Assembly (NCBI GenBank): GCA_964016885.1
Contig: OZ024746.1
Location: forward strand, 45,570,001 to 45,634,000
Direction: 5' to 3'
DNA length: 64,000 bases
Source of the DNA: Eledone cirrhosa
Taxonomy: Eukaryota
Shown: positions 1-13,445 of the stretch, one piece after another
Position numbering within the stretch: position 1 is the stretch's first letter
How the letters are laid out: each line of letters opens with the position of its first letter
Program-made: the position numbers and the translations under genes
Notes under the pieces: generated by a model
Seen by the model: only the letters and a program-made list of their open reading frames with translations
What the model was told of the DNA's origin: nothing
The model's database searches: none

Positions 1-1317
1 TTTTCACCTCCCACTAAATTATTGGCCTTGTGCCAAAATCCGAAACTATCAATAGTATTAATGGGTGGTGTATTCTCATAATTGTTAGAGCATCAGGTAA
101 AATATGTCAGTATTCGTTCTGGCTCTTTACAATCAGAATTACAATCTTGCTGGCATCATATATACATTTCATACTTCTGGGGCTGATATAATGGTTTCTG
201 ATTTAGGCACAAGGCCAACAATTTTAGGGGAGGGAAAGTTGATTAAATCAACTCCAGTGCATTACTGGTACTTTATTTGATCGAACCTATATGGACGAAA
301 TGCAAAGGTAACCTCGACAGGATTTTTACTCAGAACGTAAAGGTGCATAACTATATGACACAAAGCAATGCTCTACCGATACTGCCAATCCACTGCCCTT
401 GGAGCTGACATAATAAAATATCAATTGAGTTCTGGAATTGATATATTCTACTGCTCTCTATCTTCAGATCTCTCTCCTTTTACCGATGTTAGATATTACT
501 AAAAATAGTATATTTGCAGCATCACTGGACAAAATATCTTGCAGTAGGTATTCCAGTTCCCCACATTCTGAGTTCACATCTCACTAAAGACAACTTTACT
601 TTTCATCCTTGCATGGTCAATAATTTAATAGTCAAATATTGAGTTTGATGGAATCACTTATGCTTTAACACCACAAATTTCTTGCCATATCCTTTCTTAA
701 AAATTGAACTAATGAAAATAATGTAGGGTAGAAATGCACACCATATATTATGTGAAAGGGCTGGCATTTTGATGAGCATTCAGTCATAGAAACTACACCA
801 AAATAGAATGTACATACAAGGCATCTTTGGCATATCTAGATGGATCAGATTAAACAAGAATTGATTTGGTAAGTGGTTATATATCTAACCCATATCACTA
901 TGATACAGACAAAGGCGTTGATAGTGTTCAATGGCAATGCAGATATCTTTTTAATTTATTTTTTTTTGTATATAGCCTCACTTCTGCTCTGATAAAGCTG
1001 ACCAATATTCAAAACTGTCACAGCCTTGATCCATCCTGTCTTTAATGCATAGCATGTTTACAACTACATTATCCAACGTATACATTTTAGGTGGTAGGTA
1101 GGGGGAAATTTGAGGAAAATTTGGCAATTATTTCGAGCAAGTCAAGTGACTATGTGGTTACTGGAGATAGCAATTACTGCTCATTGTCTTTGTTGGCGCT
1201 GTTATTGCTGTTCTTGTTCTTGCTTGTCTTTGGGTTTCTGTAGCTGCTGTTTTCATTGCTAATCAGATTTGTTGCCATGGTTATTATTGTCATAACTACT
1301 GCAATTATATATTATAT

Positions 1318-1810
1318 CATTGTTGCATTGTTGTTGTTGTTGTTGCTGTTATTATTGTTTATATTGTGTCCTGTTGTTGTACTTTGTTGTTGTTAAATGG
1401 TTGTTTTGTTGTTGTAGCCATTATCAAGGTAGTTGCTGCTGTTTATGATGTTTATAGTCATTATTAGTGAAGTTATAAAAAGAATACTGCAATTTGTTGT
1501 TATTCCTGTTGTTGCATATGCTATTGTTGTTGTTCTGTCGATGATGTAGTGGCTGTTATTTGTTTGTGAAGTTTGGGAAATCTTGTGGCTATGGTTGCTG
1601 GTATTAGAATCACTGCCATTGATACTGCCGATTTTGCTGCTGCTACTACTACTATTACTACTACTACTGCTGCTGCTGCTACTACCGCTACTACTACTAC
1701 TACTACTACTACTAATAATAATAATAATAATGATAATAATGCTGGTGTTAGTGCTGCTGCTGATACTACTGTTGATGCTACTGCTGCTATTGATATTACT
1801 ATTCCTATTC
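1318..1810. repeat. Low-complexity trinucleotide region (GTT/GCT/ACT/AAT)n
   Basis: Runs of tgt, gct, act and aat; explains the poly-V/T/L/N ORFs at 1521-1841. Confidence 0.9.
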
Positions 1811-3225
1811 TAATTTCTGATATATGAAGAAATAAAACCAAAAAGTGGTTTTAATATCATCTAAGGAAAGATGAATACGATCATCATAATTTGGTATATT
1901 AAAGAAGAAAAAAAACAAAGAAAACATAAATATGACAATGATGACAATGGTGAGGAGGATAATGGCAGCGACAATGACAGTGATGATGATATTGATGACG
2001 ATAGCAATAATAAATACCCAAATTGAAAAATAAATTAATAAGATAGAATGCAATTGGCTGCTGTGATAGAATTAATATTTACAGGCAGCCAAAATTAACT
2101 GGGATAGTCCTTAATTTCTGAATATTTTACACATGATAGGGTATACATGATACAGACTATGAGGGACACCTACATTAAAATAGGAATTTTTTTCTAAGGA
2201 CAATGGTGCTATAGTTTTATAAGTAAGGATGTAATAGACAATGAATTGGTAGAGTCATTAAGGTTGTGCCATATTAACTACTTTGCAGCTCTCTGCATTC
2301 TGAGTTCAAATTCTAGTGAGGTCAAATTTCCCTTTCCATTTGCAGTTTAATTAATAATGATAGTAGTTGGTGATAGGAAGGGAATCCAGCCATAGTAAAC
2401 CTGACAAAAATGGGTTGGGAAGACATGACAACCTCCCTAGTGTGAGTGCAATGATAACATTTACTTAGTAGAGTGCAGTAATGGATGTATGTGAGAAATA
2501 GCTTCAAATGAGAACTGAAACTGTGTTGCAGTTTTAGATTGCTGGTAAATTTACTTCTTGCTCCACTTTATTTACAGTTTATTTACAAAGTAATTATAGG
2601 TTTTCTCATTGGCACAATGCTAAATATAGTTCGGAGTCTCATAGTCATAAATTAATACATGACTGTTATTTGCCTTATTTTATTTATATCAACTACATAA
2701 AAGACAAAGCATTCATCTTGAGATTAGAAATCAAGACCTAAAGGGACATGACTAAATCCTGCAAGGCATTTTGGCAAATGGAGATTGATAAAATAGATAC
2801 CAGCCATTAAATAAACTAAGGTTGATATGATTGGCTAAACCCTTGAAGACAATGTTGCAGATTAACTGAAACCAATAAAAGAATAAAATAAAGACTATAT
2901 CAACATTAGAAAAATGAATATTAAAGAAGTGATGATGATGAATATGATGGATGGTGGTGGTAGTGATGATGGTGGTGTTGGTGATGATGGTGGTGTTGGT
3001 GATGGTGGTGGTGATGATTATGATAATCATCTATGAATTGCTAAGATCAAAATAAGACCAAAATATGTCTGATGTTCCTTTCCTAAGTGAATTAGACAAT
3101 CACCTAAGGATGCTACACAAATTCTGATCAAATTAAAATTTCTTAATTCAAGCAAAAACAGGAAACCTTAGAATACTCACAGACCAAATGAGGATGGAGG
3201 ACAGAACTGCTATAGGGCAGAGGAT

Positions 3226-3903
3226 ATCTTAGCATCACTCAGCAAGATCTTTGTCAGCCGCTCTCCAGCTATCTATTTAAGGCTGTACATGGCTATGGTG
3301 CGGCCACACTTAGAATTTGCATCACCAGTCTGGAACCCCTATCTTGCTCAGAATATTGACCGTCTGGAAACTGTTCAGAGATGTGCAACCAAGCGAATAC
3401 CCTCCATCAGGCATCTACCATACTCTGAACGCCTTGCTTCCCTGGGCATGGATACATTGAAGCTCCGACGCTTGGCAACTGACTTGGTAAACACCCACAA
3501 AATTGTTAACCATATTGCCAACAACAACCCTGAGTACCTTTTTGATTTCCATGTGTCTAACACACGTGGACATGCCCACAAAGTCAGAAAACAGCACAGC
3601 TCCTATGACTTTCGGAAACATTTTTTCACGCTCACAGTTGCTGAAGCATGGAACAAACTACCTGCATCAGTTGTTAGCTGTCGAGACACTGCATCCTTTA
3701 AAACCTCCATGCTTCCCGAGATTCGCCAACACTACACCTAATGTTCCCCCTCCATACACATACACACATGTATATCATGACTCATACACTATTCACTTCC
3801 CTGACATTTGTATATTATTCTATGTACTATACATGCACCTTTGACAAGTTGTAGTGCACCTGAGCACTTTACACAATAATTTCATTATTATCATTATTAT
3901 TAT
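3226..3903 (+). mobile_element. 5'-truncated CR1/L2-group LINE, ORF2 C-terminus plus 3' UTR
   Basis: ORF 3289-3741 VRPHLEFASPVWNPY...DRLETVQRCATK...TRGH...FF...WNKLP is a typical CR1 ORF2 end; (ATT)n tail; second copy at 58975. Confidence 0.88.
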
Positions 3904-3907
3904 ATGA

Positions 3908-4105
3908 GAGGGTGGTGTATTGGCAGTATCGGTAGAGGGTTGGATGCCATGCTTTGATGCATAGAGTTACGGCCCTTGCCATTCTGAGTTCAAATCCCGC
4001 CAAGGTTAACTTTGCCTTTCATCCTTACGGGGTCGATAAAATAAAGTACCAGTAATACACTGGTTAATTGCTGGCCTTGTGCCAAAAAGTAGAAACAATT
4101 ATTAT
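3908..4105 (+). mobile_element. SINE family A (about 190 bp, tRNA-like head)
   Basis: TGGCAGTATCGG A-box-like and GAGTTCAAATCC B-box-like motifs, ends aaacaattattat; more than 10 copies in the window. Confidence 0.8.
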
Positions 4106-4714
4106 ATGAGAGTATTGTGTGGTGTTAGAATCTATCTCATGATGTAACAAGATGACTGGAGGAAATTGTAGAAAAAACTGAAAAAGAGAATGCACAGGCA
4201 GACCTATGATATTGGTTATTCTGGTGGCAGCCATGTCTGTAATTGCCAAAATAATGAAAATAATATTAGTAATGTATTAATAATTCTTGTTTTTGTGTGT
4301 TTTCTCACCAAATCATCATCATTGTCATCATTATCATCATCATCACCATCATCAGTTTTATGTTGTTTTTTTCCCATGCTGGCATGTGCTAAACAAAATA
4401 TTTTGCAACAACTCTACAGCTGGATGCCCATGCTGGCGATAACTCCAACTAATATTTTAAGTAAGGTACTGACTTTCAGATATCCAACTGCTGAACAATG
4501 AAACATCCATTTATGTAAACACACAAATAAATACCAATGTTTGTATGAGAAAGAAAGTGAAAACAGGAGAAGAGGTAGACAGCTGCCCCCCGCCTTTTCC
4601 TTCATACACATATGTATGTGTATATATAGTTGAACAAATAAAACAAAATATAGACCGGAATGCAAAATTACAAATTCTTACTAGACTCACATTTGGGAGG
4701 AAGTGGAAGATATA

Positions 4715-5075
4715 TATATATATCAGTTCATTGGATACGTAATGTAAATGTAAGAGAAAGGCAGAGCTTGGATGAATTGAGGGCGAAAGTGAGTTTAAGA
4801 GGAATCCAAAGTGATGTGCAAGAGATAAGACTGTTGGTACAGATGTCTGATGTGTATGGATGATGATCAATGTGTGAAGAAGTGCCAGGAAATCCCAGTG
4901 AAAGGAAGCTGCGGTAAAGGTAGAAAAAGGAAGACCTGGGCAGAGGTGGTGAGAGCTGATCTCAAAGTGCTGAGAGTCACAGAGGATATGACAAAGGAAC
5001 ACGATGAGTGGAGAGATACTGTGCTGAAAATGGCACATCCAAACCATGCAAGCATGAAAATCAATAATGATGATC
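4715..5075 (+). mobile_element. RTE LINE 3' fragment
   Basis: GSCGKGRKRKTWAEVVRADL matches the end of the 49.7 kb RTE ORF; (GAT)n-like tail. Confidence 0.8.
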
Positions 5076-5259
5076 AGAATATTCCTGATTATTCTACACA
5101 AATGAAAGTTCTAGTCTGCAGAGGTCATTTCTATATAAAAGCATACATGTGAACAAACACAAAAAAAATACAAAAGAATTTGCCCATAAACATACACAAT
5201 ACTTGCAGGTACTTGCAACAAATGCACACATCAAAATCAGAGGATTCACAGACTTACAC

Positions 5260-5310
<51 letters not shown>

Positions 5311-6388
5311 AACAATGGATTTTATACAGTTTCCATTTACCAAATTTACTCACAGGGCATTGGTCATTCCAGGACTATAGTAGAAGACACTACTTGCCCA
5401 AGCTGTCATGCAGTAGGATAGAACCCAAGACCACATGATTACAAAATGAAATTCTTAACCACGCAGCAATGGCTATGCTTATAATTATTTGTATTTTGCT
5501 ATTTTATGTCCTTGTGTTAAATATGTAATAACTATTGTCTCTCATATGTTAGGCGTCTGAACTATTAATTCTCTAAACAGTTCTCTATTACTACACCAAT
5601 CTTGTACAATATTGTACATTCACTTAATGATTTTTCTGTTAACTTCCGCAAATATAGTGAAGTCTGTGTTTTGTTGATGAGGTCATAATAAGACTAAAAC
5701 ATGTTGAGATTTATCTCCTATACATATTGAAAAGAATGAAAATAGTATTGATCGTTGACGAGTGTTGTTATTTTTTCTTTCAGTGGAATCTGCTTCTAGT
5801 TTTCTTTTTTACGCTTCCAGCATTAGACGTATTGACTCTACTTTAACTATTACTTTGTTTTGTTTATTTCTAAGTGGATGATATCTAAATTTATACTCTA
5901 AGCAATCCTATTTTCCTATGCCAAACAGTGTACAAAGAAATTATGTTTTATTTACTATGCAAATGGCAAAAAAGATAAAATCAATTACACATAATTTGTA
6001 TTTCAAAGGAAATCTAGTTGACTATATTTGTTAAAGCCATTTGGTGAATCATTCTCGCAGGTGGGTTTCATTATCAACCAGATCCATTCTACACATGACA
6101 CAGCTGGAAACTGGAAAGGCACTCTGTCCATTTTGATGATGAGTGTTCTAGTTGTTTGGATCAATGGAAAAGTGTGCTCATGAAATTAATATGTGAGTGG
6201 CTGAGCATTCCACAATCACGTGTACCCTTAACAAAATTCTCATCCATCTTTAAGATTCTAGAGAGGAAAATTTGGCTACCCATTATAATGGACCAAGTCA
6301 TAGTATAGAGGCTCTCATTGGCTTAATCAGCAACATTTAGGTACTGATTGTGTTTGTGACAACAATAGAAAAATGATATAAACTTATA

Positions 6389-6578
6389 ATAATTGTTTCT
6401 ACTTTTCGCGCAAGACCAGCAATTACCCCTGTGCATTACTGGTACTTTATTTTATCTACCCTGTAAGGATGAAAGACAAAACTAACCTCGATGGGATTTG
6501 AACTCAGAACGTAAAGGGTCATAACTCTATGCTGCAAAGTATGGTGTCTGACGCTCTACGAAAACTGCCAATCCAACT
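6389..6578 (-). mobile_element. SINE family A
   Basis: Reverse complement of 3908-4105. Confidence 0.75.
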
Positions 6579-6627
6579 TATAATAATATAACAATATTAT
6601 TACAATTATTACAATATTATTACAATA

Positions 6628-6820
6628 GGGCGGTGGGTTGGCAGTATCAGTAGAGGGTCGGACGCCATGCTTTGACGCATAGTTACGGCCCTTGCCATTC
6701 TGAGTTCAAATCCCGCCGAGGTTAACTTTGCCTTTCATCCTTATGAGGTCGATAAAATAAAGTACCAGTAATCTACTGGGTAATTGCTGGCCTTGTGCCA
6801 AAAAGTAGAAACAATTATTA
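6628..6820 (+). mobile_element. SINE family A
   Basis: Near-identical to 3908-4105. Confidence 0.82.
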
Positions 6821-6826
6821 CAATAA

Positions 6827-7045
6827 CCCTTTAGCATTTAAACCAGCCATATCTAGCCAGAATTACCTCATCTCTTTCTGTTAAAACTGGTGTAACCAGC
6901 TGCTCATACTGATGTTAAGGTATTGTTCTCAAAATAAATAATATCAAAATCTCATTTTCAATATTATGTGAGATAATTATGTGAGGTATGCCTTTACCAT
7001 GAAAATATAATAGTATATATATAGAGTAATGTAATTGTTAAAGGG
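6827..7045. mobile_element. piggyBac-like MITE
   Basis: Termini taa|CCCTTTA...TAAAGGG|ttaa; related copies at about 47410-47615 and 55540-55670; similar ends at 36660-36947. Confidence 0.55.
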
Positions 7046-7744
7046 TTAAAGAGAAAGTGTATGCATGTTACTAGTTATTTATCAACATGAAAGTAAATGA
7101 AAGTTGATTCTAGTGTAATTTGAACACAAAACTCAGAGAAATAGAACTAAACAATGTAAAGTGTATAGTTTGTTACATTACTGTTTCACACATTCCACTA
7201 TGTTAATAATATAAGTAATATCACAATATCCTTTGATCTGGTGCAATGCTAATATTACAAATAATAGAGATATGCCCAATATAATTGGTCTTAGTATTTT
7301 ACAGGAACTTGTTTTAATCTATCCTGAAGGGATGAAAGGCACTATCAACTTGGATGGAAATTAAGCTACGTGAAGTAATAATATAGTTCTCATGTCATTG
7401 TAAGCTCAATGTGCTTTAATACGTCAGCCTGGTTTTATTTTTATTTTTCACCTTATTTTGATCCTTTTTTTTCTTCTTTCATTTCAGCTTAGATATCCTT
7501 TGTGGTATAAAATTCCACTGACTGTCTTTCATCTTGTTACACATTTGATCTTGAAGGATTTTAATAATCATTACATACTTCTTATGAACTAGTCAAGTTC
7601 TTCAAATGGTTCTGCATGACAGTTCTTAGATTTGAGGATAGAGTCACACTTATTGACATATCAATTCATATATATATATTGTCTCACCCATGCCAGTGTG
7701 GGAAAATGGACATTAAACAGAGATGATGATGATATATATAAATA

Positions 7745-8083
7745 GGAGGCACATGGCTTAGTGGTTAGAACATTGGCCTTGCAATCGAAAGGTTGTGAGT
7801 TCAATTCTCAGACCGGGTGATGTGTTGTTTCCTTTAGCAAGACACTTTATTTCACATTGCTCCAGGTTACTCAGCTGTAGAAATGAGATGATAGGGACTG
7901 GTGTCCCTATCATTCCACTGCAAAGTGGTCATGGAGGTGCCACAGCATAAAAGCACCCAGCACTCACTGTAAATGAGGTTGGTGTTAGGAAGGGCATCCA
8001 GCTGTAGAAATCAAGCCAGAATCAGTCCAGTCCCACCCTTGCAAGCAGGGAAAAGCGGACGTAAAAATGATGTAAGATGTAAG
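7745..8083 (+). mobile_element. SINE family B (tRNA head, RTE-derived tail)
   Basis: TGGCTTAGTGG A box, GAGTTCAATTC B box; the 3' part matches the RTE 3' UTR at 49403-49680. Confidence 0.85.
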
Positions 8084-8115
<32 letters not shown>

Positions 8116-8685
8116 GGTAGCCACGGAGTAGGCAGACCCAGAAAAACCTGGGACGACTTGATAAATTCCGACCTCACACACTTACACCTCTCCAAGACAA
8201 TGTCACTGGACCGAGATCTTTGGCGCTACACAGTAATAAAGAAGACCCGCCTTACCTAAGTACAAAGTGAAACCTACTACAGTCAGTAGGCACCTCTAAC
8301 AAAATACACCGCAGTCCCACTACCCCCACCCCATCCACACCACCCCTTTCAATGTAAAGTTATGTTGGTACCATAACATCTAGTCCGAAACAAATGAGGT
8401 CGTGTAGGTGTCATGACAAAAAACACACAGTCCACGCTGTAATGTGGCCGTGTAGGTAACATGGTAAAAACCTCCCAGTCCACACTGTAAACGTGGTTGG
8501 TGTTAGGAAGGGCATCCAGCCGTAGAAAACCCGCCAGACAGTCCTATGCGAGCAAGACAACCACTGTTGCCTCAAGTGGGAAAACTCCCATCCAAACCCA
8601 TGCAAGCGTGGAATATGGACGTTAAACGATGATGATGATGATATATATATATATAGAGAGAGATTCACAAACAGACAGACATTCA

Positions 8686-9660
8686 TCTATCTATATATAT
8701 AAAACTGTGGTTGTCTGTCTATCGATTTTTGGCACACATCTCCTCTTAGAATCTCTCACGGAATTGCACCGAAATTGCTATACTTGTACATTGAGCCCTA
8801 GCGAAGACATCGGAAAAAAAATATTTCAAATTGACCCACCTTATGTGACGAAATCGAATATAATGTATCGATTTTTGAGCGTAAGTTATCAGTTATTTCC
8901 CTTTGTTCTGTTTACATTGAGCGTCTTACGTAAAAAATTACGCTGGCTTTCTCAGCGTTTAAAATGACATTAACACAATACACGAACAGTTGTCGAGCCA
9001 GCAAAATATTGACCTGCAAAATTCATCAGTTCGAACACTAAGCTTCCGTTTTGCTTCATTTCCATTTAAAAGCATTTTAAAACAATATTTTTACTTGAAA
9101 ACAAGTCTATTTAAAGACTACGTAAAACAAGCAAATATTTCGTCGTTAGGCGTGCAGACAGACAGTCGTGCAGACAGACAGTCGTGCAGAGAGGTGATAT
9201 ACGCGTGCAGACAGATAGTCGTGCAGAGAGGTGATATAGGCGTGCAGACAGACAGTCGTGCAGAGAGGTGATATAGGCGTGCAGACAGACAGTCGTGCAG
9301 AGAGGTGATATAGGCGTGCAGACAGACAGTCGTGCAGAGAGGTGATATAGGCGTGCAGACAGACATAACTGATAATTTGGTTACGCTAATGTTTTTCTCT
9401 GCGTTGCAGTGTTTACATTTTCGATCTTTGTTAATAAATAACCAGTGCAGTTTCTATCCCCAGCATCCTCTTTTGTTATAACATTCGGGTTATCGTTATG
9501 TTTTCTTAACTTCATAAGGCATATTGTTGGTTGAGGGAATATTAATCAAAAACACCACATGCAAGTCTGCACAGTAGACATTACAGTTTTTAAGCCAAAA
9601 AAGAAACTTAACATTGTAACTTTAACACAGCTACTGAGCGACCCCGAGCATTACTGCTAG
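8686..9660 (+). mobile_element. Non-autonomous Helitron-like element
   Basis: Starts A|TCTATCTATATATATAAAA with a GTCT motif, ends in a GC-rich subterminal motif then CTAG|T; no TSD. Confidence 0.75.
9149..9365 (+). repeat. 37-bp minisatellite inside the Helitron (about 5.5 units)
   Basis: Unit ggcgtgcagacagacagtcgtgcagagaggtgatata. Confidence 0.92.
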
Positions 9661-10759
9661 TATATATATATATTTGTTTGTGTATACGCACACACAAATA
9701 TGATCATCATCTTTTTTTACCTCTGCTTTCCATGTCCGCATGATTTGGACAGGTCATCACATTATGAAACTAGACAGGTTACATGACCATGCCTTGCTCT
9801 TCTATTCTATTCTATTTTAGCATAATTTCTATAGCTGGATGTCCTTCCTAATACCAACTATTTTACAGGTTGTACTGACTGCATTTTATCATGACATCAT
9901 CACTATCACCTTACAACATGGATTAGGTGCATTTTATTGTGATACCAGCACTGTAACTTTATTTTGTGGCACCAGTACCAGGAAGGTAGTCAGTCATTAA
10001 CTCAACTGAAATGCCCTCTCTACCCTATGGAGGAGTGGGAGGAAGGATGTCTTGTCCCAGTGCAGTAGTGTTAGGATTTGATAATAAGGATAAGTAGTGT
10101 GGCAAGCATGGGTGTTTGACAATAGGTGAGTGAGGAATAAGAAAGAGTAACAAGTATGTTGCTATATCTGTATGAGAGGTGTAATGGGATTTTATAGGGT
10201 GAAGTGAGATAAATAAGGTGTTATGAGTGACAAAGATAGAATGGGAATGAACAGTGATGATGAGAATAACTACAAAAGAGTTATGACAGGTGTGGTGAGA
10301 TTTAACAGGGTAAGAGTTGGTGAGAGTAATCTTAGATAGAGAGGAAGTGTGGTGAGTGCAAAGTTAAGGAGAGTCGTTACAGGGATGGATGGTTGCTATA
10401 ATGATGATGAAATTAATTACTAAAATGCTATAAGTGTAGTGGGATTTATCTGGGTAAGAGCTAAGATACAATGATGATATGTTTAGTTATTAAGAGTGAT
10501 AATGTGGTTGGTTGGGCATGAAAGGGTCAGAATAGCCTTGTCGCATCTGCACAGTTGTTATATCAGATGAAGAATGGGTTAGCAAAAATGTAGCAGAAAA
10601 TGGAGGTCAAGTTTTTAGAGGTGGATCTTCAACAGTGCCACAGAACACCCATCATGGTGGTTCTTTGTCATCTCTATCATGAGGTTCAGAATTCTGAGCT
10701 CAGCTTTCACAACTTCATTCCATTCCATTTTATTCTAGTTCCTCCATTCACTGAGATTG

Positions 10760-11095
10760 CTCTTTAATCCCATTTGATTCTACATTTTGTTCCCATGTCT
10801 GGGATTTCAGCTCTAACTCTTCCACAGATTCACCTTTAAGTATTAACTCATCAGTATACAGGAATTCCCAAGGATAGTCAGTTTTAAAATCTTCTGTTAT
10901 AACCTAAAGAAGAAAGATAATCAGAAGGTGACTGAGAAAGGTGTGTGTCGCTACTCATTACCAAATCTCACCTTGCTGGCTGCTCTTTTATGCATGGGTT
11001 GTATGGTCCTCATCAGCCATTTGTCTACACCTAGCTTTTTAAGCACCCATCAGCTAAGAGTGGGAAACCCTGTCAAAGACCTTTCCCAGGTATAA
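10760..11095 (-). mobile_element. Degenerate RTE RT fragment
   Basis: Similar to 50600-50950; minus strand reads FKTDYPWEFLYTDELIL (cf. FKTGCPWELLYADDL). Confidence 0.65.
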
Positions 11096-11519
11096 TGGAT
11101 GGAACATCTGACTGGCTGAATATTGAACATGTAGAAAAATCTCAGTACTCACGGTAGAATTAGACTCACCTCTATAGAGTACATTGCATTAGTCTGGACA
11201 TCTATTGGCTCCCCTGCTGCCTTATTATTCACTTACAATGGACAATTTCAATGCACTAAATAACATGACACAAACAAAGTTAGATAGGGAAATATTAGTA
11301 GATATCATATCTAGATTATACAAACAAAAATAGATAATTAATAATGTAAACTAAATAATACAGTGTTGGCATACATTGATTACAAAATGAAAATAAACTG
11401 ACTAATGATGTATAAATCTTCATCTTCCTTTTCGTCTTTGTTTTCTTTTTCATCTTTGTCACCTTCATCTTATCGCCTTCTTCATCTTCTTCGTCTTTGT
11501 CATTTTCTTTGCCTTCTTC

Positions 11520-11800
11520 TTCTTCATCTTCTTTGCCTTCTTCACCTGTCTGTCATTTTTCGCCCACTTATTCCAGAGTGGATCATAGGGTCAGAGTCCT
11601 CAAACACTCCTTTCAGTGGGTCCTGTCAGAAGCAAGCATCTCCAACTGATCCAGGTAGATCCCCAAGCAAGACCAGTCAAGCTCATGGATGTTATCCAAC
11701 CATCTTGTTTGGGGGTCTACCCATGGGTCTCCTACAAGTTGGTTTTTGCTGCAAAATCTGTCCAGCAATTCTTTCCTGAGACATTCTAACCTCATGCTCA
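11520..11800 (-). mobile_element. LINE-derived 3' end with (GAA)n tail (family C)
   Basis: GRP.TRWLDNI motif; copy on + at 21020-21292, fragments at 36205-36282 and 42830-42925. Confidence 0.65.
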
Positions 11801-12143
11801 TAGTATCATGGTATCATGACTTGCAGGTGTAAAATCAGTCAGCTGGAAAATATAAATCAAATAAATTCCAATATAACATTGTACTGTTTACATCAATCAC
11901 AATGTTTCTGACTACTATAAAGTTGCAGCAACAGATGACAGCATCACTACATCCAGAAGATAATACTATGAAATTCTAGAAATAATGACAATGGATTTGA
12001 GAGCTCTACTCTTCAAAACAAACTGCATAGAACTCATGAAAATATGAGAAAACTCTTGATAAAACAGATAAAACTAAAATACAGTTGTATTTACAATAGA
12101 TGTTTAATAGTCAACCTGTACCTCCTATGTACATATATATATA

Positions 12144-12490
12144 GGAGGCACATGGCTTAGTGGTTAGAGCATTGGCCTTGCAATCGAAAGGTTGTGAGTT
12201 CAATTCTCAGACCGGGTGATGTGTTGTGTCCTTGAGCAAGACACTTTATTTCACATTGCTCCAGTTTACTCAGCTGTAGAAATGAGATGATAGGGACTGG
12301 GGTCCCTATCATTCCACTGCAAAGTGGTCGTGGAGGTGCCACGGCAAAAAAGCACCCAGCACTCACTGTAAATGAGGTTGGTATTAGGAAGGGCATTCAG
12401 CTGTAGAAATCAAGCCAGAATCAGTCCCACCCTTGCAAGCAGGGAAAAGCGGACGTAAAATGAAATGATGATGATGAAATGATGATGAAT
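12144..12490 (+). mobile_element. SINE family B
   Basis: Near-identical to 7745-8083; (GAT)n tail. Confidence 0.88.
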
Positions 12491-12709
12491 GATATATATA
12501 TATACATATTATAATTGTTTCTACTTTTGGCACAAGGCCAGCAATTATCCCAGTGTATTACTGGTACTTTATTTTATCGACCCCGTAAATAAATATTATA
12601 ATGATAATAATAACGTGGGCAGAAATTATATACCAGGCACACAGTATAATATATGAATGCGCAAGAGATGTTGTGGGATTGCAGGCAGACTAATGGAAAA
12701 GATAGACTT

Positions 12710-13445
12710 TATATGTGATAGATGCAGAGGAGAAGTAAGAGAACACATGAAATAGATTCCTTCAGTTGCCAAGGAGAGTCCTTAGAAGTTGTTGACAGCT
12801 TTTGGTGTCTAGGTAATCTAATAAGCAGTGGAGATGAACTGAAAGTGTGATAGCCAGAATCAGAATAGGCTGGAAACACTTTAGAGAGCTGATATCTCTG
12901 CTGACAACAAAGAACTTTTCTCAAAGTGAAGGGTAGACTATATGATACCTTCATGCTAACTGCAATTCTAAATGGCAGTAAACCATGGGCCTTGACTGTA
13001 AAAGACCTGTGAAGGCTGGAAAAAATGATGTGAGTATGCTCCAATGTATATGTGATGGCAGCGTGCATGAACAACATAGCATAAGTGGACTGAGGGAAAC
13101 TCTTGTCATAAAAGGAATTGTATGTAGTATACATGATAGAAGACTGCATTGGTATGGACACATGATGCATATGGAAGATAACAGCTGCATAAAATAATTG
13201 TTTCTACTTTAGGCACAAGGCCAGCAATTACCCAGTTCATTACTGTTACTTTATTTTATCGACCCCGTAATGATGAAAGGCAAAGTCAACCTCTGCATAA
13301 AATAATGCAGAGGAATCTCAGTGGCAGTGGCAGACCCAGCAAGATTTGGGATGAGATAGTGAAGACCGACCTTAAGAAACAAAGCCTCAAAACATAAATG
13401 ACAAAGGCACTGGCATTATGCTATGTTGATATAGACCTGGTCACA
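12710..13445 (+). mobile_element. Degenerate RTE ORF 3' fragment interrupted by a SINE A piece (13196-13295)
   Basis: RRLHWYGHMMHMEDNSCIK; similar to 49750-50300. Confidence 0.75.

Noticed and set aside
1521-1841. Poly-V/T/L ORFs
   Set aside because: Translations of trinucleotide microsatellites
9149-9365. CRISPR-like 37-bp repeats
   Set aside because: Head-to-tail units with no unique spacers, eukaryotic context, no cas genes
12144-12216. tRNA gene
   Set aside because: tRNA-derived SINE head: continues into the SINE body with no T-run terminator
12157-12396. Recurrent 79-aa ORF (also 23558, 47876, 60446)
   Set aside because: Antisense reading of SINE B, not a gene family
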